Source: Candidatus Poribacteria bacterium (GTDB lineage Bacteria > Poribacteria > WGA-4E > WGA-3G). Taken from it: a DNA stretch of 64,000 nucleotides. Below the pieces are notes generated by a model. That model ran no database searches, was not told the DNA's origin, and was given only the letters and a program-made list of their open reading frames with translations. Shown one piece after another: positions 28,804-38,578 of this stretch; positions within the stretch are counted from its first letter, which is position 1, and each line of letters opens with the position of its first letter. The translations under genes and the position numbers were made by a program. Where the stretch lies: the NCBI GenBank assembly GCA_965214095.1, contig OZ243938.1, positions 1,536,001 through 1,600,000 of the forward strand, written 5' to 3'.

Positions 28804-31059
28804 ATGTCTGAAAAGAAAGAATACAAAGTTATTGGAACGCGTCCTATCCGACATGATGGCGTAGATAAAGTCACAGGAAGGGCAATTTATGGGGCAGATT
28901 TTCAGATTACTGGACTCTTGCACGGTAGAGTGCTACGAAGTCCACATGCCCATGCACGAATCGTATCAATTGACACAAGTCGTGCTGAAGCACATCCAGG
29001 TGTTAAAGGTGTTGTGACAGCACAAGACCTACCCGCAGCAGAAGACAAAATGGCAGACCTTGGTGAAGGTGCGGTTAATCTCAAATATCTCTGTGACAAC
29101 ATTTTCGCAAGTGATAAAGCACTTTATAAGGGACACGCTATCGCTGCAGTTGCCGCTACAAATCCGCATATTGCAGAAGAAGCATGCGAACTGATAGATG
29201 TTGAATATGAGGTGCTTCCACCGGTTTTAGAAGTGCGTCAAGCAATGGAACCTGATGCCCCTATCCTGCACGAAAACTTAACTACATCCTCACTGGGTGA
29301 CACAGAAGATAAACCGACAAACATTGCCAGTCACTTACAACACAAGAAAGGCGACATAGAAAAAGGATTTGATGAAGCAGAAGTTGTTATTGAAAGAGAT
29401 TTTGTTACAGGCACCGTCCATCAAGGTTATATTGAACCACACAACGCTACTGCACATTACAATCAAGATGGACAGTTAACAGTGTGGTGCAGCACACAAG
29501 GTGCATTTACCGTCCGTGAACAACTTGCTGAAATCCTTCAGTATCCGGTTTCTAAAATCAAAGTTGTTCCATTAGAAATTGGTGGCGGATTTGGTGGTAA
29601 GATTAATGTCTACATTAAACCTGTTGCAGCACTCCTAGCGAAGAAAACCGGTAAACCTGTGAAAGTCTTGATGAACCGCGCTGATGTATTTGAAGGCACA
29701 GGTCCAACGCCTGCATCTTACATCACAATTAAAATTGGTGCGAAAAAAGACGGTAAAATCACTGCAGCACAAACCTCACTTGCCTTTGAAGCAGGTGCAT
29801 ATCCCGGTTCACCAGTCGGTGCAGGTGCAATGTGTGTCTTTGCTCCCTACAACATTGAAAATGTCCTCATTGATGGTTACGATGTTGTTGTGAATAAACC
29901 GAAGTCTGCTCCTTATCGTGCCCCAGGTGCAACGAACGCAGCCTTCGGCACAGAGACCGTTGTAGATGAACTCGCGGAGGAATTGAATATAGATCCGCTT
30001 GAGTTACGACTTATGAATGGTGCTAAAGAAGGTGATCGTCGTCCAGACGGTCCCGTTTATCCACGTATCGGTTTTATTGAAACACTTGAAGCGGCAAAGG
30101 AACATCCTCACTACACTTCCGCAAATGGTAAGAAATACCATGGACGTGGAATCGCTTCTGGTTTCTGGTTTAACATCGGTCTGGAATCCAGTGTGACAAT
30201 TAATGTTAATCCTGATGGCACTATTAACCTCGTTGAAGGTTCTACGGATATTGGTGGTACGCGTGCATCAATTGCAATGCAAGCTGCCGAAGTTCTCGGT
30301 ATCCCTGCTGAATCGGTCAATCCGACTGTTGTTGATACCAATTCCATCGGTTATACTGCTGTCACTGGTGGCAGTCGAACAACTTATGCAACTGGTTATG
30401 CTGCGTATGAAGCGGCACAAGATGTAGTGAAACAGATGAAAGTACGCGCTGCTAAACTTTGGGAAGTTGATGAAGACAATGTACAGTTTGCTGATGGTGA
30501 ATTCTCAAGTATCAACGGCAAAGAGGAACAGATTAGTTTCCGTGACTTATCCGCCAAACTTAGTCAAACTGGTGGTCCTGTTGTTGGCAGAGCTACAATG
30601 AATCCTGCAGGTGCTGGTGGAGCATTCGCAACACATGTTGTTGATGTTGAAGTGGACGTAGAAACCGGTAAGGTTGAAATCCTACGTTACACTGCAACGC
30701 AAGATGCTGGCAAAGCCATTCATCCCAGTTATGTTGAAGGACAAATCCAGGGAGGAGTCGTGCAAGGTATTGGTTGGGCATTGAATGAGGAATACATTTA
30801 CAATGACGAAGGCACAATGACAAACGCAAGTTTCCTTGATTACCGTATGCCAACCTGCTTAGATTTGCCGATGATTGATGCAGTTATCGTAGAAGTGCCG
30901 AATCCTGGACATCCGTATGGTGTACGTGGTGTAGGTGAAGTGCCGATTGTTCCGCCACCTGCAGCAATTGCTAACGCAATTTACGATGCCATCGGTATCC
31001 GAATGACCGAACTGCCTATGTCGCCTGACCGCCTCTTAAAAGCGATGGGTAAAATATAA
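28804..31059 (+). CDS. xanthine dehydrogenase-family molybdopterin-binding large subunit (set 2)
   Basis: KVTGRAIY, GGGFGGK, PYRAPGA, GGSR, GQIQGG, RGVGEVP. Confidence 0.95.
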   Translation: MSEKKEYKVIGTRPIRHDGVDKVTGRAIYGADFQITGLLHGRVLRSPHAHARIVSIDTSRAEAHPGVKGVVTAQDLPAAEDKMADLGEGAVNLKYLCDNIFASDKALYKGHAIAAVAATNPHIAEEACELIDVEYEVLPPVLEVRQAMEPDAPILHENLTTSSLGDTEDKPTNIASHLQHKKGDIEKGFDEAEVVIERDFVTGTVHQGYIEPHNATAHYNQDGQLTVWCSTQGAFTVREQLAEILQYPVSKIKVVPLEIGGGFGGKINVYIKPVAALLAKKTGKPVKVLMNRADVFEGTGPTPASYITIKIGAKKDGKITAAQTSLAFEAGAYPGSPVGAGAMCVFAPYNIENVLIDGYDVVVNKPKSAPYRAPGATNAAFGTETVVDELAEELNIDPLELRLMNGAKEGDRRPDGPVYPRIGFIETLEAAKEHPHYTSANGKKYHGRGIASGFWFNIGLESSVTINVNPDGTINLVEGSTDIGGTRASIAMQAAEVLGIPAESVNPTVVDTNSIGYTAVTGGSRTTYATGYAAYEAAQDVVKQMKVRAAKLWEVDEDNVQFADGEFSSINGKEEQISFRDLSAKLSQTGGPVVGRATMNPAGAGGAFATHVVDVEVDVETGKVEILRYTATQDAGKAIHPSYVEGQIQGGVVQGIGWALNEEYIYNDEGTMTNASFLDYRMPTCLDLPMIDAVIVEVPNPGHPYGVRGVGEVPIVPPPAAIANAIYDAIGIRMTELPMSPDRLLKAMGKI

Positions 31060-31087
31060 GAATTTACATTTCAAGTTTTGCATATCT

Positions 31088-31113
31088 GTAGGCACGGTTT
31101 ATAGCCGTGCCTA
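31088..31113. repeat. GTAG-type REP-like palindrome
   Basis: GTAGGCACGGTTTATAGCCGTGCCTA hairpin between the large subunit gene and the moaD-like gene. Confidence 0.65.
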
Positions 31114-31134
31114 TCCATTATAGGAATATCTACA

Positions 31135-31431
31135 ATGCCAGTTGTTGCCATTCCCGCCCTCATACGCAATCTTACTGATGGAGAAGAAAGTGTCACAGTT
31201 GAAGGTGCTACCATCCGTGAGATAATAAACAACCTTGAGAACCAATATCCGGGGACAAAAGCAAAACTTTGTGATGGTGACCGTATCCATCCCAGTATCG
31301 GTGTCTATATCAACGGTGTGCTAACCAGAGTCGCCATGCACGATCGCGTTGATGCCGATGCTGAACTCCACTTCCTACCTGCCATTAGTGGTGGTGTTTC
31401 ATTAAATACTGAAAAACCTGAAAAAAGATAA
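31135..31431 (+). CDS. MoaD/ThiS-family ubiquitin-like sulfur carrier with extension after the di-glycine
   Basis: IPALIR.LT.G..V.VEGATI, VYING, FLPAISGG followed by VSLNTEKPEKR. Confidence 0.85.
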   Translation: MPVVAIPALIRNLTDGEESVTVEGATIREIINNLENQYPGTKAKLCDGDRIHPSIGVYINGVLTRVAMHDRVDADAELHFLPAISGGVSLNTEKPEKR

Positions 31432-31486
31432 CACCGAAGATTCCAAAACCTTAAGAATACCTATTCAAAGTACAGACATAATCAAT

Positions 31487-34400
31487 ATGAATTTTCAAAG
31501 ACACTGTGACCGCTATCTACAGAGAATACGTCAGACACAATCAGACCCAAATGCAACGCCTGAACTATCTTTACTCCCACATCTCAAGACGTTTCTGGAA
31601 GATGTTACAGCAAACGCAGACTTTTTTGACAACCCCAACATCAGATTCACACTGGAACCCAGAACAATCAACCAGATCGGACGACCCGACATCATCGCAA
31701 CAGACGGATTGTTACCCATCGGCTATATTGAAGCGGAATCGGACAGCACAGACCTAAATAACCTAACAGGACACGCCGCACAACAGAACCAACGTTTTAG
31801 AGAAAACCTTGATAACTTCATTCTTACCAACTTCACCGATTTTGAGTTGTGGATAGATGGACAATGCAACAAAACAGCACGAATTTTAGAGAACATTGAT
31901 GATTTAGAGATACTATTAGAGCGGTTCCTAAACGCATCTATCCAAATCGGCACACCGGAAGCACTCGCAAAATACCTTGCAAGACGGACCCGAGAACTCC
32001 AAACACAGATCGCAACGACACTCACCGATGAGGACAGTGAAACCTACAGAATGTTCAAAGCGTTCAAGGAAACGTTGCTCGCGACACTCACTCCTAACGA
32101 TTTCTCGGATATGTATGCACAAACTCTCACGTATGGGTTATTCGCTGCACGCTGCACATTGCCGAATGCAACAAATTTTTCACGTCACACCGCAGTTGGC
32201 ACACTCCCAAGATCAAATCCGTTTCTCGTCCAACTTTTTTATCATGTCGCCTCTCCGAGACTTGAGACGAATGTCACTTACATTCTGGATGACATTGCAA
32301 CGCTTCTCCAAAACGTTCCAACAGCCATGCTCCGTACAGCATTTACTGCAAGAAATCCACTTGAAGACCCGGTTATCCATTTTTATGAGACGTTCCTAAA
32401 AGAATATAATCCGAAACTCCGCTTTGACCGCGGGGTTTTTTATACGCCGCCACAGGTTATCTCCTACATTGTTCGCTCAGTGGATTCCTTGCTCAAAACA
32501 AAGCTCAACAGACCCGATGGACTTGCCGATGACGACACGCTTATCCTCGATCCTGCCACGGGTACGGGTGGATTTCTGTTGACAGTGCTTGACCATATCC
32601 GAGAATATGTTACAGAAAATTATGGCACCGGGGATTGGAACCAGTATATAAACGCAAATTTAGTAAAACGGATTTTTGGATTTGAACTGCTTGTCGCACC
32701 GTATACGATTGCACATCTGAAGTTGAGTCTGTTTCTGCAGGCGCAAGGGTGGCGCACCAATGAACGTCTCGGAGTTTATCTTACCAATGCTTTGGAACAA
32801 CCGGATGAAATGCAGGCTCCCTTGCCTTTTGCTGCATTTATCTCTGATGAAGCAAACGCTGCACTCTCTGTGAAAAGGGACGCCCCTGTCCTCGTCATCC
32901 TCGGCAATCCACCCTATAAGCAACATTCTGCCAACCCAAGCCGAGTCGGTAACGATTTAACTTTTATCGGTGGACTCATGGAAGATTACAGCCAGGTAGA
33001 TGGAGAACCACTTGGTGAAGTCAACCCAAGAGCACTCCAGGATGACTATGTGAAATTTATCCGGTGGGCACAGTGGCGAATTGACAGAAACGGGGAGGGC
33101 GTTATCGGTTATATTGTTAACAACAATTTTCTTGATGCACCTACAGCTCGCGGCATGCGGCAAAATCTGTTAGACAGTTTCAACACAATATACGTACTCA
33201 ATTTACATGGCAGTAATAGAAGAACGGAAGCGGTGCCAACGGGACAGAAAGATGAAAATGTCTTTGATATTATACAAGGGGTTTGCATTCTGCTATGTGT
33301 CAAAGAACGCGATAATCTTGATTCTACAAAGGTCTATCACGCTGATATGTGGGGATCCCGAGAAGAGAGATATAGGACACTTTCAGAGACCGATGTACAA
33401 TCTACGACGTGGTGTGAACTACAACCGGCATCACCTTATTACCTTTTTGTACCGCAAGAAATGGACTACAGTGCTGAATATGAAAGCAGATGGAAAATTA
33501 CAGACATCTTTCAAACTAGTTCAATTGGAATTGTCACCGCGCGAGATAAATTGACAATTCATTGGACTCCTGAAGAGATAAGGGAAACGGTAACCGATTT
33601 TGTCACACTTTCTATTGATGATGCCAGGGAAAAATATAACTTAAGAAAGGATAGCCAAGATTGGAAAATCCATCTTGCCCAAGCCGATCTCCAAAATAAT
33701 CCCAATGCGGAAAAACATGTATCACCAATTTACTACCGACCGTTTGATACACGTTGGACATATTATACTGCGCACTCGCGTGGATTTCATTGTAGACCTC
33801 GCCCTGAGATTATGCCACACTTGCGCAGGAAAAACCTTGCTCTCAGCGTCTGTCGTATTGTCAAAAGTCCCGTATGGCAACATGCCTTGATTTCCGATAA
33901 AATTACAGATAATTGTTATATCTCAAACACAACCAGTGAATCTGCACATGTGTTTCCGCTCTACCTATATCCAGATTCAGAGGCATTATTAGGCTCAACA
34001 GAACCTGAACTCAATTTCAAACCCGAATTTCTCACTGCCCTTTCGGAGACGTTACAACTCCCACAAACCCCACCGTTTGGACTCTCCGAAGGTGTCACAC
34101 CAGAGGAGATTCTCGCTTATATCTATGCTGTGCTTTATAGTCCTACCTATCGTGAACGGTATTATGAATTTCTAAAATACGATTTTCCGCGTATCCCTTT
34201 ACCTAAAGATATTGATCATTTCCGCAAACTCGCATCGTTGGGGCAGGAATTGATTAATTGGCATCTGTTGAAGGAAGTGCAGATTCCAGTTCGTCATCGC
34301 TTTGAAGGTGAAGGTAACAGTGTTGTCTCAAGACACAGCTATGAAGATGGGAACGTGTGGATTAACGACACACAATATTTTACGGATGTGCCTGCGGAAG

Positions 34401-34567
34401 TATGGGAATATAAAATAGGAGCATATCAGGTATGTGAGAAGTGGTTGAAGGATAGGAAGGGAGAAACGTTGAGTCATGCGGAGGTTCGTCAGTATCGTTC
34501 TATTTTGGTTGCTGTTGCGGAGACGTTGCGGGTTGTGAGGGAGATTGATGGGGTGCTTGAATTTTAA
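31487..34567 (+). CDS. single-chain restriction-modification enzyme (N6-adenine methyltransferase with type ISP/IIL-like C-terminal target-recognition region)
   Basis: N-terminal RPD..GYIEA nuclease-like motif, GVFYTP, LDPATGTGGFL (motif I), GNPPY (motif IV), YRPFD, DFPRIP, IGAYQVCEKWLKDRK. Confidence 0.9.
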   Translation: MNFQRHCDRYLQRIRQTQSDPNATPELSLLPHLKTFLEDVTANADFFDNPNIRFTLEPRTINQIGRPDIIATDGLLPIGYIEAESDSTDLNNLTGHAAQQNQRFRENLDNFILTNFTDFELWIDGQCNKTARILENIDDLEILLERFLNASIQIGTPEALAKYLARRTRELQTQIATTLTDEDSETYRMFKAFKETLLATLTPNDFSDMYAQTLTYGLFAARCTLPNATNFSRHTAVGTLPRSNPFLVQLFYHVASPRLETNVTYILDDIATLLQNVPTAMLRTAFTARNPLEDPVIHFYETFLKEYNPKLRFDRGVFYTPPQVISYIVRSVDSLLKTKLNRPDGLADDDTLILDPATGTGGFLLTVLDHIREYVTENYGTGDWNQYINANLVKRIFGFELLVAPYTIAHLKLSLFLQAQGWRTNERLGVYLTNALEQPDEMQAPLPFAAFISDEANAALSVKRDAPVLVILGNPPYKQHSANPSRVGNDLTFIGGLMEDYSQVDGEPLGEVNPRALQDDYVKFIRWAQWRIDRNGEGVIGYIVNNNFLDAPTARGMRQNLLDSFNTIYVLNLHGSNRRTEAVPTGQKDENVFDIIQGVCILLCVKERDNLDSTKVYHADMWGSREERYRTLSETDVQSTTWCELQPASPYYLFVPQEMDYSAEYESRWKITDIFQTSSIGIVTARDKLTIHWTPEEIRETVTDFVTLSIDDAREKYNLRKDSQDWKIHLAQADLQNNPNAEKHVSPIYYRPFDTRWTYYTAHSRGFHCRPRPEIMPHLRRKNLALSVCRIVKSPVWQHALISDKITDNCYISNTTSESAHVFPLYLYPDSEALLGSTEPELNFKPEFLTALSETLQLPQTPPFGLSEGVTPEEILAYIYAVLYSPTYRERYYEFLKYDFPRIPLPKDIDHFRKLASLGQELINWHLLKEVQIPVRHRFEGEGNSVVSRHSYEDGNVWINDTQYFTDVPAEVWEYKIGAYQVCEKWLKDRKGETLSHAEVRQYRSILVAVAETLRVVREIDGVLEF

Positions 34568-34640
34568 ACGATCTAATACAACGTAGGTATGTTTTGTGTC
34601 AACGTGACGAATTTTGGCAATCTGTTTTATGGAGATTATT

Positions 34641-34994
34641 ATGGCTGAAGGACAATTTTTATTTACTTTGGATTACGAACAGTTCATGGAAAATTGGGGT
34701 GAAAGTATTCTCAGGTACCTAAAAGAGGAATTTGATAGAAGCAAAATTTCTCTTTCGCGAAGTTTGCTACTTTCCACGGAAACTGAAAACTCTTATTGGT
34801 TGTTAGTAGATTTTGAAAAAGCAGCAGGGAAAAACCAGGAAACACGAGATGCAGTGCTACTGGCATGCACAGATGCAATTTTTGATGCTAATCAAAGCGG
34901 GTATCTTTCTGTGAAAACAAGTCGTTCAGAAAGTGGTGCTCCAAAAATTCGACTAAGTTATCACCTGCTTCCAAATAGTCAACGAGATTTTTGA
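34641..34994 (+). CDS. hypothetical protein
   Basis: GGAG RBS before ATG 34641; no motif recognised. Confidence 0.55.
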   Translation: MAEGQFLFTLDYEQFMENWGESILRYLKEEFDRSKISLSRSLLLSTETENSYWLLVDFEKAAGKNQETRDAVLLACTDAIFDANQSGYLSVKTSRSESGAPKIRLSYHLLPNSQRDF

Positions 34995-35129
34995 TGGGAA
35001 CACGCGTGTTTTTGAAAACAAGTGTGCTGCTCATAATCCTCGGCTGGCAGGTAATGATGTCTTTAAATGCCTATTCGTCAAATTTTGCACGTGCGTTTCT
35101 CCTTGAAGGATTCAAAACTAAGTGGCAGC

Positions 35130-35432
35130 TTATCTTTTCTTTTTTTCCCATTCTCTTGCATCTTCTCGCGTCGTGCGTCTCCCGACTTGATGAACATAAA
35201 CATCTTTACCGTAATCCCGTTGAAGTTCCTTTTCACGGCGGTGTAAATCATTCGTAATTCCGCTACGGATAATTTTGTCCCCTTGTTTTAGATGGTATTT
35301 ATAGGTATCACGCTTAGGTTCTACATGAACCCCTCTTGCTTCAAGAACTTCCTTGACTGCTCGTTCTATTTTTGCTCTTGAGAGTTGTCCTGGTTTATAG
35401 GGTGGGTATTTGACGATCCTTTGTCTTGGCAT
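35130..35432 (-). CDS. small basic protein with a minimal GIY-YIG-like C-terminal domain
   Basis: YKYHL..GDKI..GITNDLHRREKE..AREWE pattern; GGAGG RBS before MPRQR. Confidence 0.6.
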   Translation of the reverse strand: MPRQRIVKYPPYKPGQLSRAKIERAVKEVLEARGVHVEPKRDTYKYHLKQGDKIIRSGITNDLHRREKELQRDYGKDVYVHQVGRRTTREDAREWEKKKR

Positions 35433-35455
35433 TCTAATCGCCTCCATAGAATATG

Positions 35456-36088
35456 TTACAGTTTACTATTTGATTGAAGATTCAGCCACTCCACAACAAC
35501 AAAAATATAATCCTTGAAGAATTTTAAGTCTTCAATTTCTAACTGAAACTTCTGAGTTAGTTGAGGTAAATCCTCCAAGAAATCTTGGTAATGTTTCCAA
35601 ATTATGCTTCCACTTGGAATTGTCTGGCGATCCGATACGGTGAGAAGCCAATTCCGAACAACCCGTACCACTTCCTCAGGATTATTGTGATGAACAAAAA
35701 TATCTTGACCTGCAATATCTGAAATGAATTTTTGATACCGATACAGTTCTCTATCCATCACAAGGCATTTTTTTGTCTCCTGTTTTTCTACACCAAATCT
35801 CTTAGCACCTAGAAAAATCCCTAACTCTAAGGGCATATTAAATCGAGGTAGAAGTGAAACTTCATCTAATTCTGTCCGCGATATATCATGGATTCCATAA
35901 CGGCAATCCTCAATAATATTATAAATCTTATCAATCCGAACTTGACTTGCGTCCCCTGCCTCAAGCGCACAACGAGCAACAAAACCGCAATCATGCACGG
36001 CAAATATCATCGCATCAAACAAAGGTTTGTAATCTGAGTCAAAAGGGCAATTTATAAAAACATTATCATTATAATGGGTTGAATTCAT
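35456..36088 (-). CDS. TIR-like / nucleoside 2-deoxyribosyltransferase-like protein
   Basis: VFINCPFD, KIYNIIEDCRYGIHDISR, RFNMPLELG (Glu at the TIR/NDT catalytic position), SDIAG. Confidence 0.7.
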   Translation of the reverse strand: MNSTHYNDNVFINCPFDSDYKPLFDAMIFAVHDCGFVARCALEAGDASQVRIDKIYNIIEDCRYGIHDISRTELDEVSLLPRFNMPLELGIFLGAKRFGVEKQETKKCLVMDRELYRYQKFISDIAGQDIFVHHNNPEEVVRVVRNWLLTVSDRQTIPSGSIIWKHYQDFLEDLPQLTQKFQLEIEDLKFFKDYIFVVVEWLNLQSNSKL

Positions 36089-36207
36089 GAATTCCTACTC
36101 GTTTTACATAAGTAGAAGTTTTTTTGAAAACAATTTAGCACATTTTTTGTAAAGTATACCATAAATTTTATGAGTTTTCAATCTTTTGGAAAACCCAAAA
36201 GCCCTTT

Positions 36208-36825
36208 TCAACTCATATCAGTTACAGATTTGAACACAGAATCAACTGCACCAAAAAGCGTTGATAAATTAGCTAATGCAAAGTCTGTTCTGTTTTGGGT
36301 AAAGGTATCGCCGATAAGTCGTCCAAATTGCCATAATGTTCCATCGGTGACAATACCGTACACGGGTAGGGATGCACCATCATTCACTTTTTTAGCATTT
36401 ATTTTTTGTGCGGCGACTAACTCAGCCAGACATTGTCCCCATCCATGCTCAAAGTCGTTTTTCTTCGCCTCAACGAGCAGTATCAACGGGCTTCCAACAA
36501 CGGTTTTGCCTAATTCAGATTTGGTAGAGATAAAATAGTCTGGTGTTCCGTTTAAGATGTCATCGTAAGTGATGGTTTGCTTTATCCAGAGCGCGTATTG
36601 ATCGGCATAAGCTTTATAACTCTCCTTCAAAACAGGAAAGATAATCGTCTCACACCGTGATGCTTCAGACGCAAAAACGTTGATATGTTCTCTGGTAAAT
36701 TCAAAGTCTCGCAAGAACTCCACCGAAGGGGTTGCCAGTTCAACTTCAACGAAATCATCTTCCGCATAAGTGACTCTGAACCTTTCTTGTACCTCAGAAA
36801 TTGTTTTAAAATCGCTAAACGCCAT
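36208..36825 (-). CDS. PD-(D/E)XK restriction-endonuclease-fold protein (HsdR N-terminal-like)
   Basis: LNGTPDY..LVEAKK..GWGQCLAEL.AAQ..VYGIVTDG..WQF. Confidence 0.78.
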   Translation of the reverse strand: MAFSDFKTISEVQERFRVTYAEDDFVEVELATPSVEFLRDFEFTREHINVFASEASRCETIIFPVLKESYKAYADQYALWIKQTITYDDILNGTPDYFISTKSELGKTVVGSPLILLVEAKKNDFEHGWGQCLAELVAAQKINAKKVNDGASLPVYGIVTDGTLWQFGRLIGDTFTQNRTDFALANLSTLFGAVDSVFKSVTDMS

Positions 36826-36945
36826 GATATTACTTCTCTATTAAAGTCAAAATGCCTGCCAACAGCGTCTGTAAATCTAGGGAATATCCTTAAAACTTTC
36901 AAATTTTATATGTGCGTTTCTCATTGTAAAGAACATTGTAAAGAA

Positions 36946-37161
36946 TTAAGCAGATTTTCGTTCCTCAAAAAGTTCATGTCGCAGCAGCATGAGCTGCGAT
37001 GCTTGCAACGTCTCTAAAGCATACGTCTGACCTTTAAGATCACAAAACACAACTTCAAATATGTCCGGTTCATATACCTCAACAATAGTACCAACTTGCC
37101 CACGGTATAATTTGAGTGTTGGCATGTCTTCTATGAGTGCAACCGTATCAAATAGTTTCAT
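36946..37161 (-). CDS. DUF4926 domain protein
   Basis: LFDTVAL.ED....LYRGQVGTIVE....FEV.F.D..GQTYA. Confidence 0.85.
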   Translation of the reverse strand: MKLFDTVALIEDMPTLKLYRGQVGTIVEVYEPDIFEVVFCDLKGQTYALETLQASQLMLLRHELFEERKSA

Positions 37162-37196
37162 TAGTGAAGTGTCCACTCTTATTTGACAGGTAAATA

Positions 37197-37260
37197 TCGC
37201 GATTCGGAGATCGCTCCTACCGACTGACCACTCATTGTAGGAGGGAACTCCGATTCCCGA
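37197..37260. repeat. inverted GTAG-REP doublet
   Basis: TCGCGATTCGGAGATCGCTCCTAC and GTAGGAGGGAACTCCGATTCCCGA separated by 16 bp. Confidence 0.75.
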
Positions 37261-37724
37261 TTTCTTTGGCGATCCACAATTTTAGAGTAGACAAACCACT
37301 AGTTATTCCTTTAGTCAAGGATATAGCAAGTTACAAATCAATGTTAAGTATACCGATAGTATTAACCTGTATATTTCCGTGCAATGCTATGCATTTCACT
37401 TCTTATACGGTTTGCAAGTTGCTAAAAAAGCAACCAGGGGCTATCTCCCAAAGCACTTCTGAATTATCAGAAATGCACTTAATTGTTTGCGAATATCCTG
37501 TTTTATCGTGGTTTTTGATAAATTAGGCTTGGTTATTGCCTAAAATACTGCAAACAATGTCTAAATACTGTAACATATATCAACCAATTTATCAAGAATA
37601 TATAGAATTTTAGATACTTTTACTCAGCCTTATTCTCAACTTATATGCAAATCACACATCGCTTTTTATCGCTAAAATTATACCATTTCCAAATAATAAC
37701 TAATCATTACCAGGACGAGTGTTC

Positions 37725-37853
37725 GTAGTCGCGCAATTCATTGCGTCTAGGTGTGTAAAGTTTTTGGCATGAACTTCTTACCATCCATTGCATCTAACAA
37801 GAAAAAACCCTTGAATTGACACCATCCATATTGTAGCACTGGGTCTCCGTGCT
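37725..37853. repeat. two isolated degenerate GTAG-REP-like palindromes
   Basis: GTAGTCGCGCAATTCATTGCGTCT (37725-37748) and GTAGCACTGGGTCTCCGTGCT (37833-37853). Confidence 0.5.
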
Positions 37854-38578
37854 TCACAATGTTGACTTTATCAAAAAATAATAATCAGTTGAATTTGGTA
37901 TGAGACATCCTACGCAGAATCAACTCCGAATTTAGGACAGTTCTAACAAAACCGACCCAGACCCCTCAGAATCGTAATTGGTAAAATTGGTAATTTTTCT
38001 TATAGACGAATCCAGTGATAGCCTACATAATGCAACTTTTAAAAATACCAATTGCCTTTGGATAGCATGGAGTTGTCCTCAGAGATCACAGCAAGCGATC
38101 CCAAAACAGGTGCTTGGCACAGTTGTGACAAACTGCAGAATTGGTATAAGAAAATACAATTCCAATCGATAACCGGTTGTTTGTTTGCGGGGTGGTCTGG
38201 TTGGTTCTGTGGGTTCTCTGTGGTGCGGGTATTCTCTTTGTACGGTGGCAGACAATCCGAGCGGCGCGTTGCGTTATCGCGTCGATTTATACTGGGTTGG
38301 TATACTGATGTTGTTCGGTTGGTGTGTTATTCTCACATGGATTATTTTTTTGTAAAAACGTGTATATTTCTTTGGATATTGAGTTGAGTGTCAAAAACTT
38401 TATACACCCTTGCGTCTCTAATATTCTTTACATAAGTCTGTTAGAAATGGTATAATTTCATTATAGTGTTGAGAAACATTTAGAGGCAATCATTACTCAA
38501 CGTCAAAATGCTTTAGAGAACTTTGACATATTTGTTACTGCGCCAGAAGGAAACCGAGTAGCACGTGATCAAGTATTA

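Noticed and set aside
16896-31059. Aerobic CO dehydrogenase (coxMSL)
   Set aside because: Neither large subunit has the AYxCSFR loop; both have YRAPG
34991-35257. 88-aa plus-strand ORF
   Set aside because: Overlaps the better-supported minus-strand gene and lacks an RBS or motif
37324-37424. Possible small MITE (TAGCAAGTTACAAA / TTTGCAAGTTGCTA)
   Set aside because: Two mismatches in 14 AT-rich bases and no target duplication
37978-38387. Short ORFs and a G/T-skewed stretch (about 38170-38330)
   Set aside because: No RBS or recognisable motif in any frame examined; probably decayed island DNA, and I cannot support a call
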